IMG/VR virus record: IMGVR_UViG_3300010052_000166
Location: 1 to 34,097 of that record
Reading direction: 5' to 3' (one strand)
Length of the DNA stretch: 34,097 bases
Source of the DNA: a virus
Lineage: Duplodnaviria > Caudoviricetes
Shown one piece after another: positions 1 through 8,197 of this stretch (its first letter is position 1; each line of letters opens with the position of its first letter). Made by a program: the position numbers and the translations under genes. Below the pieces are notes generated by a model that was not told where the DNA came from, searched no databases, and saw only the letters and a list, made by a program, of their open reading frames with translations.

Positions 1-1173
1 CTATTTGGTTTCAGCAACGCCGCTTATAGCCTTACGCAGAGCGCCGTCAACTTGCTCGGCTGCGTCTGCCTGCATTCCGGGCATGACGTGAGAATACAGG
101 TCCAGCGTAATTCCGACGGTCGAGTGTCCAAGGCGCTCGCTCGCGACCTTCGGGTGGACGCCATTCGCCAGGAGCTGCGTTGCGTGGGTATGCCGGAGGT
201 CATGGAACCGGATGCGGGGCAGGGCGGTCTTTGCAAGCAGCCGGGTCCACTCATGCGTCAGCGACCTCGGCTGGACGGGCGATCCGTCGACCTGTGCGAA
301 GACGAAGCTGTCGCCGTCGATCGCGATACCGAGTCGCAACTGCTCTTCGGCCTGGCGAGCCTTGTGAGCGCGAAGCTCTGCTGCAACGGTCCGAGACACG
401 GCGACTACACGTGCGCGACCCGACTTTGGTTCCTTATACCGTACGCCTTCGTCAGTCTGCTCGGCACTCTCGACCACTGCTATGCAGCGGCGGTTGTCAC
501 TCAGGTCGACGTTCTTCCACCGCAGTGCGATGATCTCGCCGCGCCGCAAGCCGCACATGACTGCGAGCAGGGCAGGGACGTACATCCTAGTCTTTCGCAT
601 CGCTGACAACATCGTCGCCAGTTGCGTTTCGTCATAGGCAGCCATTGCCTTGCGCTCGATCTTCGGCGCCGTCGTGGCGACAACCGGGTTCTTGGACAAT
701 AGGTCCCAGATGACAGACTGCGCGAACGCCTTGTGCGCGACACGGCGGACATGGTGCACCGTGCGGGGGCTCAAGCCGCCCTTGCCGTCACGCCGGCCAG
801 TTGAGAGCAATGTCGAGAATGACTCGTCCAAGTCCGCGGTGCGCAGCTTCGACAACGTCTTCGTGCCGATCTGCGGCTCAAGATTCTTCTGCAGAAGCTC
901 GGTGTAGCGCTCGTGCGTCTTTGGCGAAACGTGGGGCTCGACGTGTGCCAACCATTTCGTGAAGTAGTCAGCCACGGTCGTCTTGGACGGCTCGATGTAG
1001 CGGCCGGCGTCAAGCTCGGCGATCAGGCGGGCGGACTCTTTCTGCGCCTCGCGCTTTGTGCCTTTAAAGCTGTGCCACTTCCGCTTTTTCTTGCCGGTGC
1101 GGGGATCCCGCTCGCCGACGTCCAGGACGATCGCCCAATTGCCGGGGCTGCGTTCGCGGATGTGGCCTCTCAT
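1..1173 (-). CDS. int: Tyrosine recombinase / phage integrase
   Basis: 390 aa; GLRRGEI (catalytic R), EPKS (K), FHDLRHTHAT (HxxR), RLGHS and TLDLYSH (catalytic Y); N-terminal arm-binding-like region. Confidence 0.97.
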   Translation of the reverse strand: MRGHIRERSPGNWAIVLDVGERDPRTGKKKRKWHSFKGTKREAQKESARLIAELDAGRYIEPSKTTVADYFTKWLAHVEPHVSPKTHERYTELLQKNLEPQIGTKTLSKLRTADLDESFSTLLSTGRRDGKGGLSPRTVHHVRRVAHKAFAQSVIWDLLSKNPVVATTAPKIERKAMAAYDETQLATMLSAMRKTRMYVPALLAVMCGLRRGEIIALRWKNVDLSDNRRCIAVVESAEQTDEGVRYKEPKSGRARVVAVSRTVAAELRAHKARQAEEQLRLGIAIDGDSFVFAQVDGSPVQPRSLTHEWTRLLAKTALPRIRFHDLRHTHATQLLANGVHPKVASERLGHSTVGITLDLYSHVMPGMQADAAEQVDGALRKAISGVAETK

Positions 1174-1715
1174 TTCTTGAAAGCCTTCTTGTTGGGTTTA
1201 TCGGTTATCAGCCTCACGGCTAACATTTCGATATCTGGGTTGCCACCTTCGTAGCCCTTCCTAACGGACCGAGCCTCCGCCTTTGCGGCCTCTATTGAGA
1301 TTGCCTGGTCGGTCCCGCCCCATGTCTGTTTCAAGGCGGCGATCTCGTCCACCAGAGAAAGCATCGCAACGAATGCATCGGCCTGTCCGATCAATGCCTC
1401 TGAGACTTCGGTGTACGTTCTCTCCAGTTCTAGGAATAGTTCGGCGGCGATCCATTCCTCGCGCGCATTGCGTTGCTCGGCGCCATCCTCAAGAAGTTTG
1501 CGAAGTGCCCTTAAGCCGTCCAAGGGCATGAATGCTCGCTTTACAAAATCAGCATCCGAAACGCGCAGGCCAATCTGAACCAGCCTGCGGATCGCTTCCG
1601 ACCGCGAAGCTACTCGGTTGTCATGCTGCCAGACATCGATCGCCTCCAATTCATCTTCAGTGATCACCATCTGGAGGCGCTTGCTTTCACTCTCTCCAAG
1701 CTTGGGACGCGCCAT
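1170..1715 (-). CDS. Ribbon-helix-helix-like regulator (probable repressor), coupled to int
   Basis: MARPKLGESESKRLQMVITEDELEAIDVWQHDNRVASRSEAIRRLVQIGL is a CopG/RHH pattern; stop overlaps int start. Start moved from 1766 to the ATG at 1715. Confidence 0.7.
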   Translation of the reverse strand: MARPKLGESESKRLQMVITEDELEAIDVWQHDNRVASRSEAIRRLVQIGLRVSDADFVKRAFMPLDGLRALRKLLEDGAEQRNAREEWIAAELFLELERTYTEVSEALIGQADAFVAMLSLVDEIAALKQTWGGTDQAISIEAAKAEARSVRKGYEGGNPDIEMLAVRLITDKPNKKAFKK

Positions 1716-1756
1716 TGTGGGGGAATCTCCGCCAGATTTTCTTGTTATTAACGGCC

Positions 1757-1821
1757 AAAAATACACACCAATGGTTGCGGGTCAACACGGATTGGGCTAA
1801 TGAGGTTTAGTGTGTATCTTT
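1757..1821. promoter_or_regulatory. Divergent promoter/operator region
   Basis: Inverted repeat AAAAATACACACCAA (1757-1771) / TTAGTGTGTATCTTT (1807-1821), 13/15 match. Each arm overlaps a candidate -10: leftward TTGACC-N16-TATTTT, rightward TTGGGC-N17-TATCTT. Confidence 0.6.
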
Positions 1822-1843
1822 GTGATGAACGGAGACGGAACGC

Positions 1844-2053
1844 ATGACCCTTGACGAAGCGCTGTCCCGCGCGACAGTTTCGGTCCCCGAATGGGGGAAG
1901 ATCATCTATGGCCTGGGCCGCAACGCCTCGTACGCCGCTGCAACCCGGGGGGACATCATAACCATCCATGTGGGCGGCAAGAAACGCGTGCCGGTCGCGC
2001 TGAACGCTGAAAAGGTCGGGCTGCGCTCGACAGTTGGGCGGGCCGCTGCATGA
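1844..2053 (+). CDS. Excisionase-like small DNA-binding protein
   Basis: 69 aa; VSVPEWGK..YGLGRNASYAAATRGDIITIHVGGKKRVP is a Xis/MerR-like wHTH pattern; divergent from int; GGAG SD. Confidence 0.75.
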   Translation: MTLDEALSRATVSVPEWGKIIYGLGRNASYAAATRGDIITIHVGGKKRVPVALNAEKVGLRSTVGRAAA

Positions 2054-2370
2054 CCGAACAGCCGCAAACCGAGATGTTCGCCACCGCCGACAGCCAGAAA
2101 TCGAAAACCGCCGTCGACCCTGACCTTGATGGTCGCCTTGAGCAAATAGTTGCGCGACAGAAGGCCAACCAGTTCGACTGGGCTGAGGAAGACTGTGTCG
2201 TCCTCCAGGAGCAGCTTTCGGTGGCTGTCTACCGCAACAAGAGGGATGGCATCGTCATTCGCCAAGAGGGAGCCTACGGCGATGACGACCACTTCGTCGT
2301 TCTCCGAGACGACGCCGCTGCCCGCACGCTTATCGACGCCATTCAGCGAGAGCTGGAGGATCGCGGGTGA
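2050..2370 (+). CDS. Hypothetical phage protein
   Basis: 106 aa; ATGA/GTGA overlaps with both neighbours; phage-like codon usage. Confidence 0.75.
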   Translation: MTEQPQTEMFATADSQKSKTAVDPDLDGRLEQIVARQKANQFDWAEEDCVVLQEQLSVAVYRNKRDGIVIRQEGAYGDDDHFVVLRDDAAARTLIDAIQRELEDRG

Positions 2371-2942
2371 GCCAGTTGAACCAGCGCGATCGGAGCCGCA
2401 CTTACGTCTCGAAAACGCACTCGCTAGTGCGCAAGCACACTAAGCCGCCGATCGACGAGAACGGCTGGCAGTGGTTGACCAGCGACCTGATGTACAGTCC
2501 GGCCTTCCGCACCCTGTCCGGCAACGCGCTGAAGGCATTTGCGCGCCTTTGCTGCGAGAACGTCGCGCACGCCTCGCTCCACAACGGCAAGCTGATCGTC
2601 ACGCACCCCCAATTCATCGACTATGGCGTGACCGGCGAATATGTTGCCGACGCGATCGACGAACTGGAGTTCAAGGGTCTGGTCAGGGTCATTCGCGGCA
2701 TGGCAGGCGCCGGGACCGCTCATCCGAACCTGTATCGGCTCACTTTCGTTGGCGACTACGAAGGCGCGAAGCCGACCAACGAGTGGAAGCGGTTCACCAT
2801 GGCCGACGCCAAGGCCTGGTCAGAGACGATCAGGAAACAGATGGCCGACGCTCGCGGTAGGGCGGGCCGCAAGGGAAAATCCTCGCTTCGGAATCCCGAA
2901 ATGCCCCCGCTTCGGAATCCCGAAATGCGAAGGGCGTCTTGA
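2367..2942 (+). CDS. Winged-helix protein, putative replication initiator
   Basis: SPAFRTLSGNA..., HNGKL, AIDELEFKGLVRVIRG and PNLYRLTF wHTH motifs; iteron-like repeats at the 3' end. Confidence 0.65.
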   Translation: MSQLNQRDRSRTYVSKTHSLVRKHTKPPIDENGWQWLTSDLMYSPAFRTLSGNALKAFARLCCENVAHASLHNGKLIVTHPQFIDYGVTGEYVADAIDELEFKGLVRVIRGMAGAGTAHPNLYRLTFVGDYEGAKPTNEWKRFTMADAKAWSETIRKQMADARGRAGRKGKSSLRNPEMPPLRNPEMRRAS

Positions 2943-3002
2943 CCATGATCGAAGTCAGGAAACCGCAGAAATGGTGGGGTTTGCACATTTCGGAATCCCG
3001 AA
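2884..3002. repeat. Iteron-like repeats (putative origin)
   Basis: CGCTTCGGAATCCCGAAATGC at 2884-2904 and 2908-2928; core TTCGGAATCCCGAA again at 2989-3002. The core is a TTCGG-N4-CCGAA palindrome. Confidence 0.75.
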
Positions 3003-3029
3003 GTGCTATACATATTATGGGAGGGTACC

Positions 3030-3320
3030 GTGAGCAGTAGCCAATCCCTGTACCTTGTAGCCGCCAACCAAGCGAGCCGGTGCGAGGTTCTCCCTTTTCC
3101 AGCAGTCCGCCGGGTCGGCAAGGTTCGACGTACGGCAGAAGTCATCGTGACGAAGACCGGAAAGGGCGCTGACCACTATTGGCGGCAGGTTGTCGACGGT
3201 ATGCGGTCGCAAATGAGGGCAGCGGGCATCCCGAACGATGAAATCGACCGACAACTTCGCGGTTTCGCCGACGCCGTTTTCGGCGCGGTCGCCGCAAGCA
3301 ACGGAGGCAGCGCAGCATGA
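3030..3320 (+). CDS. Hypothetical protein (DUF6074-like)
   Basis: GTG at 3030 after GGAGGG; LPFPAVRRVGKVRRTA...ADHYWRQ resembles a rhizobial phage DUF6074 pattern (recalled, not searched). Confidence 0.6.
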   Translation: MSSSQSLYLVAANQASRCEVLPFPAVRRVGKVRRTAEVIVTKTGKGADHYWRQVVDGMRSQMRAAGIPNDEIDRQLRGFADAVFGAVAASNGGSAA

Positions 3321-3754
3321 ACAAGCCTGACGCATATCTGTTCTACGATCACCTGCTTAACCGGATCATGGGCTGGGACATCGTGATGGCGATGTCGCCC
3401 GAAACCGGCCGCATCGATTTCAGAACCCGGCGTAGCAAAGAGGCAATGGAATTGATGCGGGACATCATCCTGAACAATCCGAAAGTTGACACCGTCTTGG
3501 CCTGCCTGGAAGTCGACGGGGACGTGACGGAACTATGGCCGGAGGAGCTTCGGGAAGTGGTGCGCTTTAGGATCGGGCACAAGGTTCCTCGCGAGCACAA
3601 TGAACCGACTAACCAACACGCAGTGGCCGACCGCAAGGAACACGGTGGCGCCGAGTATCCCGATTGGCTGTTGGCGCACGGCGAACCCGCAACAGTCGCG
3701 GATCATCCGCCATTCCCGAAACGGTCGGCGCTCTATCTGGAGGTCGTCCAATGA
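3317..3754 (+). CDS. Hypothetical protein
   Basis: 145 aa; GGAGG SD; ATGA overlaps on both sides. Confidence 0.7.
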   Translation: MNKPDAYLFYDHLLNRIMGWDIVMAMSPETGRIDFRTRRSKEAMELMRDIILNNPKVDTVLACLEVDGDVTELWPEELREVVRFRIGHKVPREHNEPTNQHAVADRKEHGGAEYPDWLLAHGEPATVADHPPFPKRSALYLEVVQ

Positions 3755-4500
3755 GCGGCATCAACTGGTCGCGGAACAAGACGCGCCAGCGCATGGCGCG
3801 CCAGGGCCGCGAGGTCGCGATCGACAAGGCCGATCTGCTGAAGGCGTCGCCCGATGACCTGCGCAAGATGGCCAACAAGCTGATCGCCGCCGGCAACGCG
3901 CCTCGCGTGAAGCCGGCTAAGTCTTCGGTGAAAGCGAAAGGCTGGAATAGGCCGGCGAAGAGCTACCCGGTCGATAGCGCGCTGCCGGCCGGTCTGGTCA
4001 TCTATGCCGACGGGTGCTGCGAGCCAAATCCCGGCGTCGGCGGCTGGGGCTTTGTCGCCTACCTCGATGGCCGGGAAATCTACTGCGAGTGTGGCGGGGA
4101 CGATTCCACCACAAACAACGTGATGGAGATGACAGCCGCGCTCATGGCGCTGCGCTGGCTTGGCGGCTGCGCCGATCAGGGTGCTGCCCGCCTCATATGC
4201 GATAGCCGGTACGTGGTCACCGGCTGCAACGTCTGGCGGCACGGCTGGAAAAAGAAGGGCTGGCGCCGAAAGGGTAGCTCGGCCCTGGAGAAAAATTCGG
4301 CCATTGCGAACCTCGATCTATGGAAGGAACTCGACGCCGAATTCGCGGCCCGGCCGATGACGCTCGAATGGTGTCGCGGTCACGCCGGCATCGTCGGAAA
4401 CGAACGGGCCGACGAACTGTCTCTAATCGGTCGCGAAAGCGTGGTCGCGCCGGACTTGGCGCACGAGATGATCCGTCAACAACTGCAATACACGATCTGA
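3751..4500 (+). CDS. rnhA: Ribonuclease HI-family protein with basic N-terminal extension
   Basis: IYADG, NPGVGGWG, TTNNVMEMTA, CDSRYV, NLDLWKEL, WCRGHAGIVGNERADEL: full D-E-D-D acidic set plus His. ATG 3751 follows GGAGG. Confidence 0.93.
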   Translation: MSGINWSRNKTRQRMARQGREVAIDKADLLKASPDDLRKMANKLIAAGNAPRVKPAKSSVKAKGWNRPAKSYPVDSALPAGLVIYADGCCEPNPGVGGWGFVAYLDGREIYCECGGDDSTTNNVMEMTAALMALRWLGGCADQGAARLICDSRYVVTGCNVWRHGWKKKGWRRKGSSALEKNSAIANLDLWKELDAEFAARPMTLEWCRGHAGIVGNERADELSLIGRESVVAPDLAHEMIRQQLQYTI

Positions 4501-4508
4501 GGGTCTGC

Positions 4509-4847
4509 ATGAGGGCGAACGCGCTTGTCGATCGAGATGAAGTTGAGACGTTGAAAGAGAGGGTCCGCCAATTGGAGGAAGCCCTTCTGCCAGTTGTGTC
4601 CGTACCCCTGGAATGGCAGCTCACCAAGGTCGAGCGCAGGGCGTATGCCTGCCTGGCAAGTCGTCCGCTGGCCTCAAAAGACGCGCTGATGATCGCACTA
4701 TATGCCGGCGCGCGGGAAGAGCCGAATGTGAAGCACCTGGATCTCGTTGTTCACCGGCTTCGCAAGAAGCTCGAACCCTTCGGCTTCAAGATCAAGGCGT
4801 CTTGGGGCGAAGGCTGGCGTCTATCGAGATCAAGGATCGCTGCATGA
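4509..4847 (+). CDS. Stand-alone OmpR/PhoB-type winged-helix regulator (CtrA C-terminal-like)
   Basis: LTKVE...SKDALMIALY..EPNVKHLDLVVHRLRKKL...IKASWGEGWRL; short coiled coil instead of a receiver domain. Confidence 0.85.
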   Translation: MRANALVDRDEVETLKERVRQLEEALLPVVSVPLEWQLTKVERRAYACLASRPLASKDALMIALYAGAREEPNVKHLDLVVHRLRKKLEPFGFKIKASWGEGWRLSRSRIAA

Positions 4848-5383
4848 CGGCTCATACCAAACAGCAGGAAATCTCTCCAACTTGGTACATCGTGAAGGCT
4901 CGCCCTCAGGCTGTGATGCGGGCCAGCGAGGAAATCCTGAACCTTGGGCTGACGGTGTACGTGCCTCACAAGCGTAAGGAGTACAAACATCCTCGGCAAA
5001 ATCGATGGGTGAGCAAATACTACCCGCTGATGGAGAGCTATTTTTTCGTCCTGGCGACCGAACATTGGGCACGAGTGCTGGCCTGCGATAGCGTCGATCG
5101 CATCTTGCGGAATGCCGGCGAGTTCGGCATGCCCGTGCCAATACCCGACGCCTGCGTGGCGGATATCAGGATCGCCCAGGAAGCTGGCGAGTACGACGAG
5201 CTGCGGGTCAACTCGTCCACGGTGAAGGTCGGCGACGAGGTCAAGGTCGGAGAGGGCGCGTTTGCCGGCATCATGGGCAGGGTCGAGGTTGCTGGCGACC
5301 AACAGTTGACGATTCTTTTGACCATGCTCGGGCGCGAAGTCCGGGCCAAAGCACCTATTGATATTCTCCGCGCAAAAGAGTAG
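4844..5383 (+). CDS. NusG-family paralogue (NGN + KOW), putative late antiterminator
   Basis: WYIVKARP, VYVP, PLMESYFFV, PVPIPD..V, then KOW motif KVGDEVKVGEGAFAGIMGRV and MLGRE; last early gene before the terminase. Confidence 0.9.
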   Translation: MTAHTKQQEISPTWYIVKARPQAVMRASEEILNLGLTVYVPHKRKEYKHPRQNRWVSKYYPLMESYFFVLATEHWARVLACDSVDRILRNAGEFGMPVPIPDACVADIRIAQEAGEYDELRVNSSTVKVGDEVKVGEGAFAGIMGRVEVAGDQQLTILLTMLGREVRAKAPIDILRAKE

Positions 5384-5386
5384 TTT
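5358..5386 (+). promoter_or_regulatory. Putative sigma70-type late promoter overlapping the end of the NusG paralogue
   Basis: TTGATA (5358-5363)-N17-TAGTTT (5381-5386). Confidence 0.6.
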
Positions 5387-5415
5387 CACGCAAGAATATT
5401 CGGGCGACACACCTG

Positions 5416-5491
5416 TCTGCGCAAGGCCATTGCGTTTTTGCCGGGGTGATGCGGGGAATCGCTTCCCGCGTGAGGGGAAGTATTGCGCAGA
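5416..5491 (+). promoter_or_regulatory. Structured late-leader RNA element
   Basis: Perfect 9-bp pairing TCTGCGCAA (5416-5424) / TTGCGCAGA (5483-5491) enclosing the hairpin GCGGGGAA-TCGC-TTCCCGC (5451-5469). Confidence 0.5.
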
Positions 5492-5526
5492 AAGTGGCGA
5501 TCGACCTCACGTCAGAAACTGTGGAC

Positions 5527-6114
5527 CTAATAGTTCTCTGTTGCCACAATTTTCATTTTCCCACCCACGGGAGTCTCGTCTGAGAATGCCTTTCCACCTA
5601 CGCATGCGTTGAGGGAGTCAACGTAGTTGGAACGGCACTCCCTTAGCTGAGGATTGGCGGTGTTTATGCACCTATCGACTTCAGCTTGCGTCGTTGTTGC
5701 TAAGAGACATGCCTTAGCGATTTTTCTGATAGGCGCTTGACAGTCAAATATCGATTGTTCGTCGTACGATTCCCTGCATTTCGCGATCACTTCGAGTTTC
5801 GTGGGATGGCTGGTACAGCCACTAATTGAGACTTCTACCGCGTTTGAATTGTCGAACTGCATCACACTGTCGGTTCGGTCCTGATCCTTCATCTTGTGCG
5901 GGTACTGGGTCTGCCCGACAAGAACGGTGACTGTCTGACATGCGCCGGTCGCGGGTATCGTGTAGGAACTGCTTGCCTCGTCGTACCTGACGACCGCCTC
6001 GCAGGTTCCGTTCGACTTGTTGAAGTCGCAGAGCCCAATGTTGTCCGCAGCCACCGCTGCGCTGCCGAGCGCCATAGCTACCGCGATTCCAAGGCTGAAC
6101 TCGACTGATCGCAT
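5527..6114 (-). CDS. Moron: secreted Cys-rich protein
   Basis: Sec signal peptide ending AVA-A; 10 Cys; more AT-rich; antisense to late genes; GGGGAG SD. Confidence 0.8.
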   Translation of the reverse strand: MRSVEFSLGIAVAMALGSAAVAADNIGLCDFNKSNGTCEAVVRYDEASSSYTIPATGACQTVTVLVGQTQYPHKMKDQDRTDSVMQFDNSNAVEVSISGCTSHPTKLEVIAKCRESYDEQSIFDCQAPIRKIAKACLLATTTQAEVDRCINTANPQLRECRSNYVDSLNACVGGKAFSDETPVGGKMKIVATENY

Positions 6115-6171
6115 TTCTTTGCTCTCCCCTGAAAAGAGCAGGAGAACACACCATGCCGAGTGCCCGCAAGT

Positions 6172-6633
6172 ATGTCTGAACTAACGCCCAAGCAAGAAGC
6201 TTTCGCCCTCGCATATGTCGAGACAGGCAACGCCTCTGAGGCCTATCGCCGCTCCTATGACGTCGGCGCGGAGACCAAGCCAGAATCAATCTGGGTCAAT
6301 GCCTCGAAGCTCCTTGCCGACGCTAAGGTGTCGCAAAGGGTGAAGGAACTACAAGAAGACGCTCGTGCACTGTCCCTCGTATCGGTCGGCACGCTCACTC
6401 AAGAGCTGGAAGACGCCCGAACAAAGGCCATGGCTGAGGCCAAGGGCGCGTCTGCTGCCGTCTCCGCGACGATGGGCAAGGCGAAGCTTCACGGCCTGCT
6501 CGTCGACAAGGTGGCTCAGACCGATCCGAGCGGCAAAGACCTGCCGGCCGACGCGTCGAACCGTGAACTTGCCAAGGCCGTCGCTCTGCTACTTGCCAAG
6601 GGCATGAAGGAAGCTGGTGGAAGCGGCACTTGA
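6172..6633 (+). CDS. terS: Terminase small subunit
   Basis: LTPKQEAFALAYVETGNASEAYRRSY...ASKLL...V..RVKELQ; directly upstream of terL. Alternative GTG start at 6160. Confidence 0.9.
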   Translation: MSELTPKQEAFALAYVETGNASEAYRRSYDVGAETKPESIWVNASKLLADAKVSQRVKELQEDARALSLVSVGTLTQELEDARTKAMAEAKGASAAVSATMGKAKLHGLLVDKVAQTDPSGKDLPADASNRELAKAVALLLAKGMKEAGGSGT

Positions 6634-8197
6634 TCTGAAGTCGCTGGAAGCCATGATCGCCACGCTCTCGGTCGAGGACCGGGCGCAACTGGTCGAACTG
6701 GCAGCCGGTGAACTTGCCAAGCCGTTCCGGCCTAATCCGGGGCCACAGACGGCCGCTCTCGATAGCCTCGCCGATATCCTACTCTATGGTGGACAGGCCG
6801 GCGGCGGCAAGTCGGCTCTCGAAGTCGGGTGTGCTGCCAACAACCATAGCTCGGGCATCATCTTCCGCCGCGAGGCAACGCAGCTCGACGGCCTGATTGA
6901 GTTCTCTCGGGAAATCCTCGCCGGTCATGGCGAGTTCGTCGGTGGCAACGAGAACCGCTGGAAGTTCAACGACGGTCGCCAGCTCAAGTTCGCGGGTCTG
7001 AAGCAGCCAGACGACTGGCGCAAGCATGCCGGAACGCCTCGCGACTTCATGGCGTTCGACGAAGCCGGCGAGTTCCTGAAGGAACAGGTCTTCTCGCTCA
7101 TAGGTTGGCTGCGCTCGACAAAGGAAGGGCAGCGCTGCCGCGTCATCCTCGGCTCCAACCCGCCTCGTGGTGGTCAAGGCGCATGGATGATCGAAGAGTT
7201 CGCGCCGTGGCTCGATCCGTATTTCCCAAACCCCGCCAAGCCTGGCGAACTGCGCTGGGCCATTGTGGTCGAAGGTGTCACACAGTGGGTAGAAGGATCG
7301 GGGATCTACGAACGGAACGGCGAACAGTACGAGGCGCTGTCTCGAACCTTCATCCCGGCTTCGCTCGACGACAATCCATACCTCCGCGACTCCGGCTATC
7401 GGGCCAAGCTGCAATCGCTTCCTGAGCCGCTACGGTCGCAACTGCTTTACGGCGACTTCCTCGCCGGCCGTACCGACGATGAGTGGCAGGTCATCCCGCA
7501 AGAGTGGGTCAAGCTCGCTCAACAGCGTTGGAAGCCGGAGGGCTTCAAGGGCCTGAAGATGACGGTCCTCGGCGTCGATGTCGCGCAAGGCGGCGGCGAC
7601 CAATCGATCGTAGCGCCTCGATACGGCACATGGTGGGCTCCGTTGGTCGTGAAGCCTGGTGCCGAGACGCCAGACGGGCCAAGCATCGGCGCCATGGTGT
7701 TCGCTGCCCGACGGGATCAAGCCGGTGTCGTGGTCGACGTAGGTGGGGGCTATGGTGGCGGCGCGGTCACGTTTCTGAAGGACAACGGCGTCGCGGTGTC
7801 TGGGTTCAACGCCAGCAATGCGGTCAACACCCGGACGGCAGACAAGGCATTCGGCTTCAAGAACAAGCGGGCTGAAGCTTGGTGGCGGTTTCGCGAGGCT
7901 CTCGATCCGGGGCAGGAAGGCGGCTCTCCCGTTGCACTGCCTCCCGATCCTCTCCTGCTCGCCGATCTGATTGCTCCAAGGTGGAAACCAGTCGGCAAGG
8001 GTGAAATCCAGATCGAAGCGAAAGACGACGTGAAGGAACGTCTCGGCCGCTCTCCTGATCGTGCCGATGCGGTTGTGATGTCCTGGGCAGACGGCGAACG
8101 TCTCGCCATCCGCAGGATGTTCGACAAGCAGCTCGGCGGCCGGATGCCTCAAGTGAAGCTCGGCTACGCCAACCTCAAGAAAGGTCGCAACCGATGA
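6617..8197 (+). CDS. terL: Terminase large subunit
   Basis: PNPGPQ, Walker A YGGQAGGGKS, Walker B MAFDEA, GSNPP motif, nuclease GVDVAQGGGD...SPDRADA. Confidence 0.96.
   Translation: MEAALDLKSLEAMIATLSVEDRAQLVELAAGELAKPFRPNPGPQTAALDSLADILLYGGQAGGGKSALEVGCAANNHSSGIIFRREATQLDGLIEFSREILAGHGEFVGGNENRWKFNDGRQLKFAGLKQPDDWRKHAGTPRDFMAFDEAGEFLKEQVFSLIGWLRSTKEGQRCRVILGSNPPRGGQGAWMIEEFAPWLDPYFPNPAKPGELRWAIVVEGVTQWVEGSGIYERNGEQYEALSRTFIPASLDDNPYLRDSGYRAKLQSLPEPLRSQLLYGDFLAGRTDDEWQVIPQEWVKLAQQRWKPEGFKGLKMTVLGVDVAQGGGDQSIVAPRYGTWWAPLVVKPGAETPDGPSIGAMVFAARRDQAGVVVDVGGGYGGGAVTFLKDNGVAVSGFNASNAVNTRTADKAFGFKNKRAEAWWRFREALDPGQEGGSPVALPPDPLLLADLIAPRWKPVGKGEIQIEAKDDVKERLGRSPDRADAVVMSWADGERLAIRRMFDKQLGGRMPQVKLGYANLKKGRNR

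Noticed and set aside
2884-3002. Mini CRISPR array
   Set aside because: Only 2-3 short repeats with 3-nt and ~60-nt gaps, partly coding, and no cas genes.
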